Shown here: positions 28,218-40,925 of the stretch, piece after piece
Layout of the letters: each line of letters begins with the position of its first letter
How positions within the stretch are numbered: position 1 is the first letter of the stretch
From: the human T2T-CHM13v2.0 reference genome, Homo sapiens
Reading direction: 5' to 3' (one strand)
Assembly: GCF_009914755.1 (NCBI RefSeq)
Contig: NC_060929.1
DNA: 64,000 bases
Program-made: the position numbers and the translations under genes
The notes under the pieces: generated by a model
Told to the model about the DNA's origin: nothing
What the model saw: only the letters and a program-made list of their open reading frames with translations
The model's database searches: none

Positions 28218-28238
28218 TAAAATAAACATGGAGGGGGG

Positions 28239-28373
28239 TATACATATCACACACATAGAGATACATGCATATACACATACATATATGTGCATGCACATGT
28301 ATGTTTGAACAGATGTGAGTATGGATAAATATATGTTTGTATGTGTATACATGTATGTATGAGTATGTGTGCA
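28239..28373. repeat. Degenerate (CA/TA/TG)n simple repeat
   Basis: Alternating purine-pyrimidine tract. Confidence 0.8.
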
Positions 28374-28549
28374 CAAATTTTGTTGGCTCAAGAAAAAGAT
28401 GGCTTCTTACTGAATGTTTCACTGAAAAACCTCCATGTTCTGCCCCAGGAAATGGTGCCAGAAGCAGGACATGGAAGGAGATAGTAGAGTCCTACACACC
28501 AATGAAGCAACCTGACCATGGAGGTCAATACTTTTTCCCATGGAGGTCA

Positions 28550-28593
28550 TTAATAATTTCCCAAAACCCATGGAGGGCTTGGGAAATTATTAA
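28550..28593. repeat. Perfect 15-bp hairpin
   Basis: ttaataatttcccaa-N14-ttgggaaattattaa. Confidence 0.9.
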
Positions 28594-29772
28594 GGGGTTG
28601 TACAGTTTTTCTCATGGTCTTTGTGAAAACAAATGGAGTTACTAAATGCCAGTGGAATATATCACAACAAACATAATGACCTTTAGTGGGAGTTTAGTTC
28701 TCCCTCTCTACCTTGGAAAGCAGCAGCTCTAATAAACTGAGGTGGTCAACATTTATGGTATGCCTGTCTGTCTCTTCCAGGACCCTTTGAAATATATACA
28801 TTTTTCAAATTTAGTTTTGTCTGAAAAATCTGCATCCAATTTGAATGAAATTGAATATGTTTCAGGGCACAAGCAGCATGTCTTCCATCTGAAGCAAAAT
28901 GGAGATGAATTTCAATTAGATGTTCCCATTATAATCTGTCTCCACCTGTAGTTTTCATCAAAATTGCTAGGAAGTGTGATATAATGTATGATCGGGATTT
29001 GCCCACTGGCAGCAGTGTCCCATTATCTTAGTAAAAAAGCACAAAATAATTAGTCTGATGCATATAGATAGTGGCTTCTTACAGCAAGTGACTTTAATTG
29101 TGGTGAGTAATATATATGGAGTTTGAAATCTTATATATTTCCCTCCCAAGAAGACACCAGTTACTAATTCAGTTGACAAAGTAACAATGTTTCAGAATAT
29201 TTAATGGAAACTGAACATCCTAGTCAATAGCCACTGTAAAATGTCCATTTTATGGCCTTATTTTTGCCTGAGCTTAATTTATGGTAATTTGGTGGTTGCA
29301 TATAGCCTGAAAGTATGCTGTTGGCTTGAGAGTTAGTACTTGGATGTTGCATAAATCATAGCTGAATGTGTTGGCTTCATCTAATGCTCTTCTTTCTCCT
29401 ACAGTTGGAGTCCTTTTCATCTTGTCATTTCCCCAGCTTCTTTCCTGTCTTCAATTCATGGGGCTCTGAGAGATCAGTATTTAGGAGATCTTCATAACAT
29501 GGCATCTTCCCAATGCTAGGTAGAGTGTTCCTGGGTTTCATAGGGAGGGAATTCAGCAAATCTTTTTGTGGGATAGAGATGGTAACAGTATTTATGTTGC
29601 ACTAGCCCACCGTTAAGCACTTTAAAAGAAAATATAATCCACTTTTCCTGTCTTCCTATCTGCCTCTAAATTCCATGTTAATATAAAATATGAAATTTAA
29701 AAGTATATAATCTGATCATTTCTTTTCAGAAGAGGTTTATAGTAGTTATGTTTTGATTAAATTTGAAATGTA

Positions 29773-29857
29773 GGCACATGTATACATATGTAACAAACCT
29801 GCACCTTGTGCACATGTACCCTAGAACTTAAAGTATAATAATAATAATAATAAAAAA
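29773..29857 (+). mobile_element. Very short L1PA 3' tip
   Basis: gcacatgtatacatatgtaacaaacctgcac...ccctagaacttaaagtataat; TSD gaaa(t/g)gtagg. Confidence 0.88.
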
Positions 29858-30948
29858 GAAAGGTAGGACAAGTAAACCAGCATGTTCCAAGCCCACATGT
29901 AATCAATTTGGGGACCTAAATAATATGAATGAATTAACTGTACTGTGGGATTCAGTTTAAGTGACTGGTCTTCTAAGAACTATACTGGATGCTTCAGAAA
30001 TAATGAAATCATCGCCTACCTTCCACGATTCTTTGATTTTGAATGTTTATTAGTAATTAGTGATTTCCAGAACTGATTACAATTTCTAAATAAATAAAAG
30101 TCATATGTCTAATTGTGGGCAATCTTGCTCTAAATGTTGTCAGAAAACATGTTTTAAAATTTAGGTTCTTCTAAATTCCCCAAGTCACAATATAAATGTT
30201 GCCATTTATTTATTGCTAGAAAACTCTTATATTTTTCTATTTCAATTATACAACTGTCTTCCTTTGCTTATCTGTAATTATAATGCTAACATGTGTATAA
30301 ATTACACAGTATTTTTATGTGCATTATCACTTTTAGTCCATATATCAGCCTCATGTTATAAAATTTATTATACATTTAAATTAATTTAAATGCAGAAACA
30401 AGCAAGTTTAAAATTAAAATGATATTTAAAATTTTATTATAACATTTTTCTAATTATGAAATAACAAATGTTTATTGTAGAAAACCTGAAAAGTGCCAAA
30501 AGTACACAGATACTGCTTAATAAGAACTGACTAAAAATGGAAAAAAAGACACAGATTACCAATATCAGGAATAAATAAATGGATATCACTACAGACTTTG
30601 CAGACATTAAAAAGATAATAAAGAAATTCAACAAACCATTCTTGGTACATAAATCCAATAACAGATAAAATGTACTAATTCCTTGAAAAATACAAATTAC
30701 TAAAACTCACTGAAGATGAAATAGGTAACTTAAATAGCCCTATTGTTATTAAAAAATAAATTTACAGTTAAAAACCTTATGTAAAAGAAGTCTACAGGTC
30801 CAGGGGGTTTCACTGGAGAATTCTTGCAAGCATTTAAACAAGAATAAACACAAATTCTGCACAATTTCATCAAGAAAATAAATGAGGAAGGAATACTTCC
30901 CAATTCATCTTATGAAGCTAGAATTATTCTGATATTAAAAACCAGACA

Positions 30949-31245
30949 GGCCGGGAATGGTGGCTGACGCCTGTAATCCTAGCACTTTGAGAGGCTGAGG
31001 TGGGCAGATTGCTTGAGCTTAGGAGTTCGAGACCAGCCTGGGCAACATGGTGAAACCCTGTTTCTACAAAAAATATGAACATTAGCTGGGTGTGATGGCA
31101 TATACCTGTAGTCCCAGCTACGTGGGGGGCTGAGGCGGAAGAATTGCTTGAGTCAAGGAGGTCGAGGCTGCAGTGAGCCATGATTGCACCACTGCCCTTC
31201 AGCCTGGGTGACAGAGTGACACCCTGTCTCAAACAAACGAAACAC
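30949..31245 (+). mobile_element. AluJ
   Basis: Dimeric Alu with gaggtcgaggctgcag. Confidence 0.92.
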
Positions 31246-32504
31246 CAAAAACATTACAAGGAAAGAAAACTTCAAAACAATAGAACATCAATGCAAAAGA
31301 CTTCATAAAATTTTATCAAATTGAATCTATAATGTATAGGAATAATACTGTAATATGACTACGAGAAATTTATCCTGGGGATAAGGCTGGTTTAATATTT
31401 AAAAACAAATTAAGATAATCCACTGAATCAATACTTTAAAGAAAACCCACATGGACATACAAATGATGCAACAAAAGTATTTGCTTTTCCTGAATTCAAC
31501 ATCCATTCATGATAATAACTCTCAAAAAACTAAGAATAGAAGAGAATTTCCTTAGGCTAATAAAAATTATCTATTTAAAAAATCCTATATCACAAATCAT
31601 ATTTATTATCACACAGCCTTGTTCCCCCTAAAAATCAGGAACAAGGAAAGGATGTCCTACCTCACCACTCCAGTTCAACGTTGTATTAGAAGGCCTAGCC
31701 AGTCTCAGAGTCAATAAAAAGAAATAAAAGACATGGATTAAAAAGAAGAAACCAAACTATCCCTATTTGCAGACAACATAATTATTTACATAGGAAATCC
31801 AAATTCCAAGGCATTTACAAACAACAACAACTCAAACCAAGCAGAAACTCCTAAAACTAATAAGTGAGTTTTGCAAGGTCACAGAATACTAGATCAATAC
31901 ACAAAAATCAAAATCAATCACATTTCTTAATACTAGCAACATGCAATTGGAAAACAAATATTTATATAGTGATATCTATATCTACATCTATCTATTTATA
32001 TATACCACTGAAAATATCTTCCAAAGTGAAATACTTAGGGAAAAGCTAATAGAATTTGTTCAGAAACTGTATGCTGAAAGCAAATGTTGCTGAAAAAAGC
32101 CCTAAGACAACTTAAGTAAATGGAGAGACATACAGTATTCATAGATGGGAAGACTCAATATAGTAAAGATTTAAATTCTCCCCATATTTATCTCCAGATT
32201 TGAAACAATTCCAATAAAAAATCTCAGCAGGAAGAATTTTTATAAATATACACAAGCTGGTCTTAAAATTAATACAGAAAGGCAAAGAAACTAAAATAGC
32301 TGAAGTAATTTTGAGAATGAAGAATAAAGTTAGATAAATCAAACTAATTTTAAAACTTACTATGAAGCTATAGTAATCAAGACAGTGTGGTATTGCCAAA
32401 GGGACAAACACATAGATCAATGTAACAGAAATAGAGTCCAGAAATAGATGAACTCAAATATGACCATTTTATTTTATTTGCACTTAAATAATTTTATGTT
32501 AAAA

Positions 32505-34385
32505 ATAAACTTTTTTAAGAACAATTTTAGATTTACAGAAAAACTGAGAAGAAAATAAGATAATTCTCATTATACCTTGCACCCAATTTATTCTATTATT
32601 AACATATTAATATGATACTTACATTAAAATTAATCAGTATTAATACATTATTATTAACTAATGTCCATACTTTTTGCAGATTTTTTAAAGCATTTTCCTA
32701 AAGTTCTTTTTCTGTTCTAGGATTCCAGTAGGATACATTACAAATTTAGTTGTCATATCTCCTTAGGCTTCTCTTTGCTGTGACAGTATCTCAGACCTTC
32801 TTTGTTTGTGATGACCTTGACAGTTTTAAGAGTACTGGTTATGTATTTTGTAGAATGACCCTCGATTGGGATTTTTGTGATGTTTTTATTATGATTAGAT
32901 CTACATTATGGTTTTCTGGAAGGAAGACCATAGAGGTAAAAGGTCATTTTTATCACATCAAGGGCACATACCATCAACATGTCTTATCGCTGTTGGTAAC
33001 TTGGATTACCTGCCTGTACTAGTGTTTGTCACGTTTCTCCACTGTGAAGTGATGCATTTTTCCCCCTTCCCCCACTTGGCTCTTTGGAGAAAAATGTACT
33101 CCCATTTTTTAAAGGTGGCCTGTGCAAAAAATATTTGAAATTCTTCATCATAGAAGCTTTTTCTCTTATCCTCATTTATTTATTTATTAACTAATTTATT
33201 TCTGTAAGTATAGGCCCATAGATATTTATTTTATAATTTAGGTTATGACCCAATATTATTTTAGTTTTTTGCTCAAATTGTTCTAACCTTGGACACTGGG
33301 GGCTCTTTTAGTTAGCTCCTGTTTCTCTTTCATATACTCTCCTTACTTATTTCAGCAGTTTCTTGCTTTCTGGCAGTAGAAGATACTGTAGGCCTATATT
33401 GTATATTTCCTAGTGCAATCCTGGAATCACCCATTTCTCCAAGGATCTCTGATTCTTTATCTTGGAGATGGTATTAGAAGCCAAGACCTGAGCATTATTG
33501 CTACTGCTTGTAGGCCCTCTTAGCTGATGGATTAAGAAAATATATGCGTATATGCTAACCTGTGTGTGTGTGTATGTGTGTGTGTGTGTGTATGTCTATA
33601 AGTGTTTCCACTTATAAGCATATATACCTATGTTAAGCTAAACATGAGTTGACGCTGAGGTCTCCAACTCTAATTCTGTTACCATATGGATTACTCTAGC
33701 TCCTTCCCTAGCTTATCTATATAAACTCCCGCTCCAACAGTGAGCAATGTGGCTTTGATCACACACCATCTCTTTCCTTGTTTAATTTCAGTATGTGTAG
33801 CTGAATTGTTATCTCATACTCATGTGGAAAATAACTTTTTTGACTAGAGCATAGGTCTTACATACAATTTCGTTTACCTTTAATTTTACAGCCTGCACTC
33901 ATTTCCAAAGGTACTCAGGTTAGCACATTTTCCCACACCCCTTCAGAGAAGTTGTTTTGTATGTCTGTAGTACAGTTAGATTCCTTTGTTACATTCTGCA
34001 TTCCATTCAGGAATCCTGTGACCTACCAAATAAACTTTTAAAACTTGCATATATAACTACACTGTAAAGTGCTGTAAAGTTCATGGGTTTTGATAGATGC
34101 ATAGTGTTCCGTATCAACAATTATGTATCATACAGAATAGTTTTACCACCCTAAAATCTGTGCTGTGCAAAACAAGTCAACCCCTCCTTGCTGAACCCCT
34201 GATAACCACTGATCACTGTAGTTTTGCCTTTTCCAGAATGCCATATGATTGGAATTAGACTCATGTAACATTTTCAGATTGGTTTCTTTTACTTAGAAAT
34301 ATGCATTTAAGATTTATTCATATTGTTTCATTGCTTGATAGATCATTTCTTTTCATTGCTAAATAATATTCCATTGTATGGGTGC
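32505..34385 (-). mobile_element. L1MC/L1MD long 3'UTR with (TG)n at 33561-33591
   Basis: ttttagatttacagaaaaactgag...; ttagttgtcatatctccttaggct...gatgaccttgacagtttt. Confidence 0.75.
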
Positions 34386-34989
34386 CATTTGGTTTTTACA
34401 AAGATGCATAAGTAACTCAATGGAGAAAGTATAGTCATTTCAACAGTGCTGGAACTATCAGATATCCATTTGTAAAAAATGAACCTCTATGAATGAATCA
34501 TAGATCTAATTTCACAATTTTACAATTAAATCTATGTTTTATATATATGAGGATGATATTGAGGTTCATCTATGATTAATTCAGAATTAATCATAGATCC
34601 AATTGTAAAATTATAAAACTTTTAGAAGAAAACCTTCATGACCTGGGGTTAAACAAAGAGTTCTTAGATGAAACTCTGAAAACATGGTCCATAAAAGAAG
34701 TTGATAAATTAGACTTCATCAAAATTAAAAAACTTTGCTTCACGGTAGACACTATTTACAGAATGGAAAGATAAACTACAGACTGGTAGTATATATTTGC
34801 AAACCAGATGTCCAACAAAGGACTTGTATCCAAAATATATAAAGAACTCAAAACTCAACAGTAGATAAAACAAACTAATTATAAAAGTGGCAAAGACTTG
34901 ACAGATATTTCTGCAGAGTGTATACAACTGGCACAAGAAAAGATATTCAACAATATTAACCAAGAGGGAAATGCAAATATACCATCTGG

Positions 34990-35135
34990 GGCCAGGCATG
35001 GTGGCTCACGCCTGTAATCCCAGCACTTTGGGAGGTGGAGGCAGGAGGATCGCTTGAGCCCGGGAGTTTGAGACCAGCTTGGTCAACATAGAGAGACCCT
35101 GTCTCTCTCTCTCAAAAAAATAAATAAATAGAAAA
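34990..35135 (+). mobile_element. FLAM_C / left Alu monomer
   Basis: Single monomer with A-rich tail. Confidence 0.85.
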
Positions 35136-35139
35136 TATG

Positions 35140-35590
35140 AACTGGCTCCTTAGTACTTTTGTGAATTTCTTTCCTCACTTCACATCAGCCACACACATAT
35201 CTTTACAGTTTTTGGAATATAACGGATAAAATCTTGACCTTTACCTGAAAAGTACTTCCCCCAAATATTTACATAGCCAGCTATCTCACATCTTTCAAAC
35301 TTTACTCAAATGTCACCTTCCTAATGAGGCCCACTAGCTCCATCTGTTTAGATTACAGTCTCCTATCCCTGTACTCATAATGCCTCTTTCCATTTTCTTT
35401 TTCATAGCATTTATCATTTTCTAACAAATTATATAATGTATTGATTACAATTATTTCTTATTGGTATCTTTACCTATTAATATCTAAATTTTGTGGAAGC
35501 AGAGGTCTTAGGCCTTTTTAAATGGTGGATCCCAGTATCTGACATATAGTAGATGATCCATAAATATTTGCTGCCTGTATGAAAGAAATA
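35140..35590 (+). mobile_element. L2 3' portion
   Basis: ctcaaatgtcaccttc...catagcatttatca...taaatatttg. Confidence 0.7.
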
Positions 35591-36063
35591 ATGTTGTTGC
35601 CCACCATTTAACAGAATTTTAATATTGTGATGTCTGAATATCAAATATTTATCATTTTTATGTGCTTTAAGTTCTTGTCAATTTAGTAGTTAGTTGTAGG
35701 GGTAGTTTATATATATAAATACTATTACATTTTCCTGTATCTATATTAGAATAACATAATTTTTGCACAGAATCCCTAGTTCAAAGACTTAATTTCTCCT
35801 CTTTTACAATGTTGTTTTATATTTCTATCTTTCTGTCTTTCTCCTCCTCCTGCTTGTTACATTTCATAGGAATTTATAATTGAGTTAGATTAGTGACACT
35901 CTTCTTTTTCCTCAAGTATACATAAATGCTTTTTTTTAAAAAAAGCTCAGGAGTTTAAGCTAGTCTTATTAAAGTCTCATGGAAATTGTTTGTTTTTGAA
36001 AGGAAGAGATGATGTTGTAATAGACAAGGCTTTGTCTTTTTATGCCACTGAAAATATGGAATT

Positions 36064-36353
36064 GGATTGTGCATGGTGATTTTTGCCTGTAATCCCAGCT
36101 ACTCAGGAGGCCTAGGCAGGAGAATTGCTTGAGGCCAAGAGATCAAGACCAGCTTGGATAACAAAGCAAGACTCCATCTCTAAAAAAAAAATAAAAAATG
36201 AAAAATTAGTTGGGCATGGTGGCATGTGCCTGTAGTCCCAAGCTACTTGGGAGGCTGAGGTGGGAGAATTCCTCAAACCCAGGAGTTTGAGGCTGCAGTG
36301 AACTATGATCTCACCACTTCACTATAGTCTGGGTGACAGGGCAAGACTGCTTC
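36064..36353 (+). mobile_element. Old AluJ, tail absent
   Basis: Two diverged monomers with central A tract. Confidence 0.85.
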
Positions 36354-36809
36354 TGGAATTGGGACACAGGAATACAGGTAGGACCTATCAGAAGTAAGCA
36401 AGTATATGTTCACTTTCACCAAACAAATTGCGTAAGATCAGATAAGCAGAAGGTCGGCCAGTTTCATTTTTACCTTGCTGCTTAAGTTCAGAATTGAGGT
36501 TTTTGGATATACCTTCAATGAGAAGAAAAAAATAGAAAGAAAGTCTTCAGTTTTGTAAAGTGTTACTCAAAACATGTATTATGGATCCCTCAGCTCTTAG
36601 TTTAGTTCTTGGCTCAAACTCATGTTGGAAGATATGGATATTGTTATTTCTACTATATAAAATGAATTGAGTGGCATAGACTTTAGAAGCAGTCTTTATA
36701 TTGAGAGCCTTTTAGATTTAAATGGTCATTTATTCTTTGACAAATATGTTCAGAAAGCAGTGGAATAATCATTAGTTTTGGAACCACAAAGCACTGGGTT
36801 TCAAGTGGG

Positions 36810-37605
36810 GAGAAAAGCAAACACAATCTTTGGCTTCCTAGGGAATACAGCCTAGTGGAGGGTGGTAGGTTTTTAAAATGATCATGGTGACATGTAATTA
36901 CAGAGACTTCAAAATTAAAGTAGAAAGAGCAATATAGTAGACTAGAAAGTGGTGGAATAGTCTGGGGAGCACTGGGAAGGTACCCCCAAAAACTGTTGAG
37001 TTGGGATATGAAGAGTGATAGTTTAGTTAGTGAAGTGAGATGAGATTGAGAAGAATTTCCAGTTGGAGGTAACAGTATTTAAAACAAAAAACAAAAAAAC
37101 AAAACAAAACAAAACAAACAAAAACCTAAGCTGGATTGCAGTATGTTGGGGGAAAAGAAAAAAGAGACCAATAGGACTCTTAGTATAGAGAGCAAATGAG
37201 AGAGTGTTGCCAGGTATGAGGTAGGCAAAGTCTAGATCATGAGTTGCCTTAAGTGTGCCAAAAGGAATCTTGATCTATCGCTAATGGATAATCTCTAAGA
37301 GCTTTGAAAAGCCAAAGAAAGGTTTTAGACAAAACTCAGATGCTCAGAATTTGGTTTCAAAAATATCACTCCATGCTCCCAAATGTGGAAAATCAATTGG
37401 GGGAAGAGGAGCTGGAAAAGAAATAGGCAAGTTAGGAGGCTACTTTATATTAGTAATAATCAGGCAAGTAATGGTTGTGACTAAGATGGTTTGGACTAGA
37501 TGAGTTAGGAGGCAATTGTGATAAACCTGATAATCCAGGCAAGAGATGAGGGTGGTTTGTTCTAGAGCAGTGATAGAGGAGATGGAGAAAAATGAATGTG
37601 TTGTT
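36810..37605 (-). mobile_element. L2 fragments (antisense)
   Basis: agttaggaggcta...taatccaggcaagagatgag motifs; (AAAAC)n at ~37081-37125. Confidence 0.6.
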
Positions 37606-37639
37606 CATTGCTGTCTCCTTTCTATGTCATATGGACCAG

Positions 37640-38256
37640 AATAGGTCATCTATGTAATCAATGCAATGTATTAGCTGCCTAATGCCAGCTGATATGAAGT
37701 TTGCAAGCAAGGCTATGGTCTAATGGATCCCAATTTAAAGATCAAATAATAGTGCAGTTCTTTAAAGGACTCAGATCTCCAACAGGTTCTTCCTGCACTT
37801 TTAAGAAAGATGGCATGATGCTTTTGGGAACGGTGGTGCAGATAATCACTCAAAGCTCCAAGCAAGCACCAGAAGAGGAGGACCCTTGAGTCAGGAGCTG
37901 CTGCAATCCCTGGCAGCTAGCCTAGCAGCAGGAGGTAGGCAGGTGACATATAGGCAAGGCAGATGTTCTGTTGAGCTACTCCATCTGGATGGGGGCTTTT
38001 AGTTCCACTGCTCTTTCCCAGTCTTACAGGAAGCAAGTGCCAATGATGCATCTTCATTAGGATGAACAGGACCTTGTGTAGAGGAAAAGCACTTGCCATT
38101 TACCAAATGCTCAGGGTCAATGGGAACCCAGATACTGCACTGACAGCGTTGTGGGAGATTGATGGGGCCTCTTCAACAAGTGTTTCTCCGAAAGAGTACT
38201 TGTTGACAGTATTAAGGGAAACCATCGAATCCCAATCTGTTTTGATACAGGGATAA
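37640..38256 (+). mobile_element. Putative Ty3/Gypsy gag-protease fossil
   Basis: Broken frames give LAA*CQL, KDQIIVQFFKGLR, KCQ*C-X9-CRGK and IYQMLRVNG...WEIDGASSTSVS in gag-pro order. Confidence 0.55.
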
Positions 38257-38289
38257 AATGTGTTAATAATAGACTCCTCATTGAATAGT

Positions 38290-38930
38290 CTGTGCCAGGC
38301 TTTTCGTGATTTGCCTCCACTCCTTTCCTCTTACTTCTCAGATCTCATTTCCCTCTGCCCTCCCACATTAGCCACGACAACTCCTCATGGTATCTTGAAG
38401 ACCCCAGGCATATTGCTAGCTCACACACTTTGAATTTTCTGTCTAGAATTTTCTTCTTCCAGATATGTGCATGTTTGCTCTGTTACTTTAATAAGTCTCC
38501 ATTCAAATTAATGTCCCAAATGAGGCCTTCCTTGACCGCCTTACTCCTCAATTGCACTTGTTTGCCTCTGGCCTTTCACCCAGTTTTCTCTCCTTGCAGG
38601 ATTCTCTGCACTGCTGAACTATGAAGTGCACATATGTTTGTTTATCTGTTTGGCTCCACAGTAATAATGCAAGCTCCATGATGTGGAGATTTTGTCAGCC
38701 TTCCTCACTGTGTCATCCTCAGCATCTAGAAAAGTCTGCACAGAGTAGGCCCTCAAGAAGTATAAGAGTGATTGATCAAATGGATCTCATTTAATATTCA
38801 AAGCACAACCTGAGAAGTACTATTGCTATCCAATTTGACAGAGGAGGAAATGAGATTAAACATTTTATATAAAATCAAACCCATACTGATTTCAGAGTCT
38901 AATCTTTTTACTTAGGCTATTCTGTCCCAT
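38290..38930. mobile_element. L2 (+) followed by MIR (-)
   Basis: gaggccttccttgacc, aagctccatga; atctcatttaat...gacagaggaggaaa. Confidence 0.65.
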
Positions 38931-40679
38931 TTTAATATTTGATTTTCTCTTATCATATAAACTGAAGAGAAAAAACAGAAAATACTACTTACCCTTGTTA
39001 TCAAAACTGTCCTTTGCCAAGCCCGTGGACATGATACCAAGATAGAGCAATGGTGTGGCTATTGTCTAGGTACAAGAAAACCTTTTTGAGATTGAAGGTA
39101 GAAACAGATGGGAAAATATTTTCTGAGCACTTATGATCCAGGTTGCCTCTACTTCGATTATAAGAGAGAATTTATATGTGTATATGTCTCAAAGCAGCAA
39201 CTTGGCATGATGCTTCCCCTGAGGAGCAGACAATGACCTTTTTTGGACAAAAGACAGATGAGAGAAACTGAAGACAAATGTCTAAGAGATTCTCAGTCTC
39301 TTTCCAAGAAAGAAAACTGTAACCTCCCAGTCTCCTGAAGATGAAGCTCCAAAATCCCATTTCTTTCTTTAAGCATTTTGTGCAGCCAGAGGCAGAGAGT
39401 GGCGGTAGTGATAAGGATTTAATGATGTGAGGTGCTATTTGTGTAAATAACTGTGAGAAATATCAAATCTTACAAGTGGTAATGACCATAAACTCCAGCT
39501 CCCTAAAGTCAGGTTGGCAGTGTAATCTGTTCATGCATAACCTAGTCTACCATATGTTAAATGCATTTGGTGGGTGGCCATTATATTAAATTTACTTCCC
39601 TATTTCTCAGTTCTGGGTTTGCTTGTATGGAAAACCAGACGCTTTCCCCACAAAAAGATCTAAGCTGCTGACTCTTTGGGAATTTTTATTGTGAGTATGT
39701 CCTTGAGTGATTATTTTTTTTGTATTACTACTTGCAGAAATATTTCTTTCTTAACAAGCACATTGCCAAATTATATGCATTTCAAATGATTTTGCCAGCA
39801 TAAAAAATTAGAACTGTAGGTGTGGTAAACAATATATCAAACAGGAAATCAGGACTTAGTGATAGAACTTGGATAAACTCGAATACTGGAAGACTAGAGT
39901 ATTATACATAATAATTTTTTTGTATATTAGCTGAGGGTTAGGCATTCTCTTCCTTTTTTTATTCAACTCTGAAAATCTTTAATAATGTCTAAGTTCACTC
40001 TCCTGACATTGAAAACAATATATTAAACCTAATAAGATCAACTTTTAATTAAAAATCTTAAAGTGTATCAAGCAAATCTTTCTAATTTATCAATTTTCAT
40101 TGATTGTAATAGATAGAAAATTGGCCTAAATGTTGCTTGATTATAAACCTAGAATTTTAAAAATTTTCCTTTACAAATACTCTAAATTTTAGCCAAATGG
40201 GAAAATCCTATTTAGATGAAAGTGATGTCAATTTGAATTTCAAAGCTCTACTGCATTTTTATATTTTCTCTATAAAATATTGATATTTCTTTGTTCCCTT
40301 CTTTTCTTTTTAAATATCAATTTAATACCCTCACAGTCTAATATTTCTTTTATTATACTGCTATCTCTATCTCTAAACTCCTAATAATGTACTAAAACCT
40401 CAATTTTATTTGTTCTTAGGTTGACTCACTTGATTTAAGGAACTTTAAAATAATAATTGCAACTGGGTTTTCCTCTTCTTTTTGAATATAATAAAGAGAA
40501 GAATAAAAGATTGGTTGAGAACAAAAATGAATGAAATATGTAGTTAACCAAACTTGAATTTATATATTTGTTGGCGTACATACACATTTCATCCAAAATA
40601 TATTTTATCTAAATAAAACAAATAACAACTTACATAATTTATTATTATGATTTTAAATGTGTATTAGTATATTTGTTTT

Positions 40680-40925
40680 ATTTAACAAATCTTTATGTAG
40701 AGCTCACCATGTTCCAGGCATTATTCTAAGAGCTTGATAGGTATTAAGTCTCTTCATTAATCATTATAACCACCCCTCTGGGGTAGGTACTATTATCCCC
40801 AATTTGCACATTAGGAAAAGAGACACAGAGAGGTTACATGATTTTTCCAGTGTTTTACTACTAACAGATGAAAGAACTGTGATTTGAAACCTCCAGAATA
40901 TGTGTTTTTTAACTACTGTGCTATG
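40680..40925 (-). mobile_element. MIR
   Basis: gtaggtactattatccccaattt...acagagaggtta. Confidence 0.75.

Larger units (their letters stand above)
30520..34985 (+). mobile_element. Decayed L1M ORF2 segment hosting an Alu and an antisense L1MC/MD
   Basis: Collinear A-rich ORF2 motifs (ctatttgcagacaacataatt = RT LFAD region); resumes at ~34385. Confidence 0.8.
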
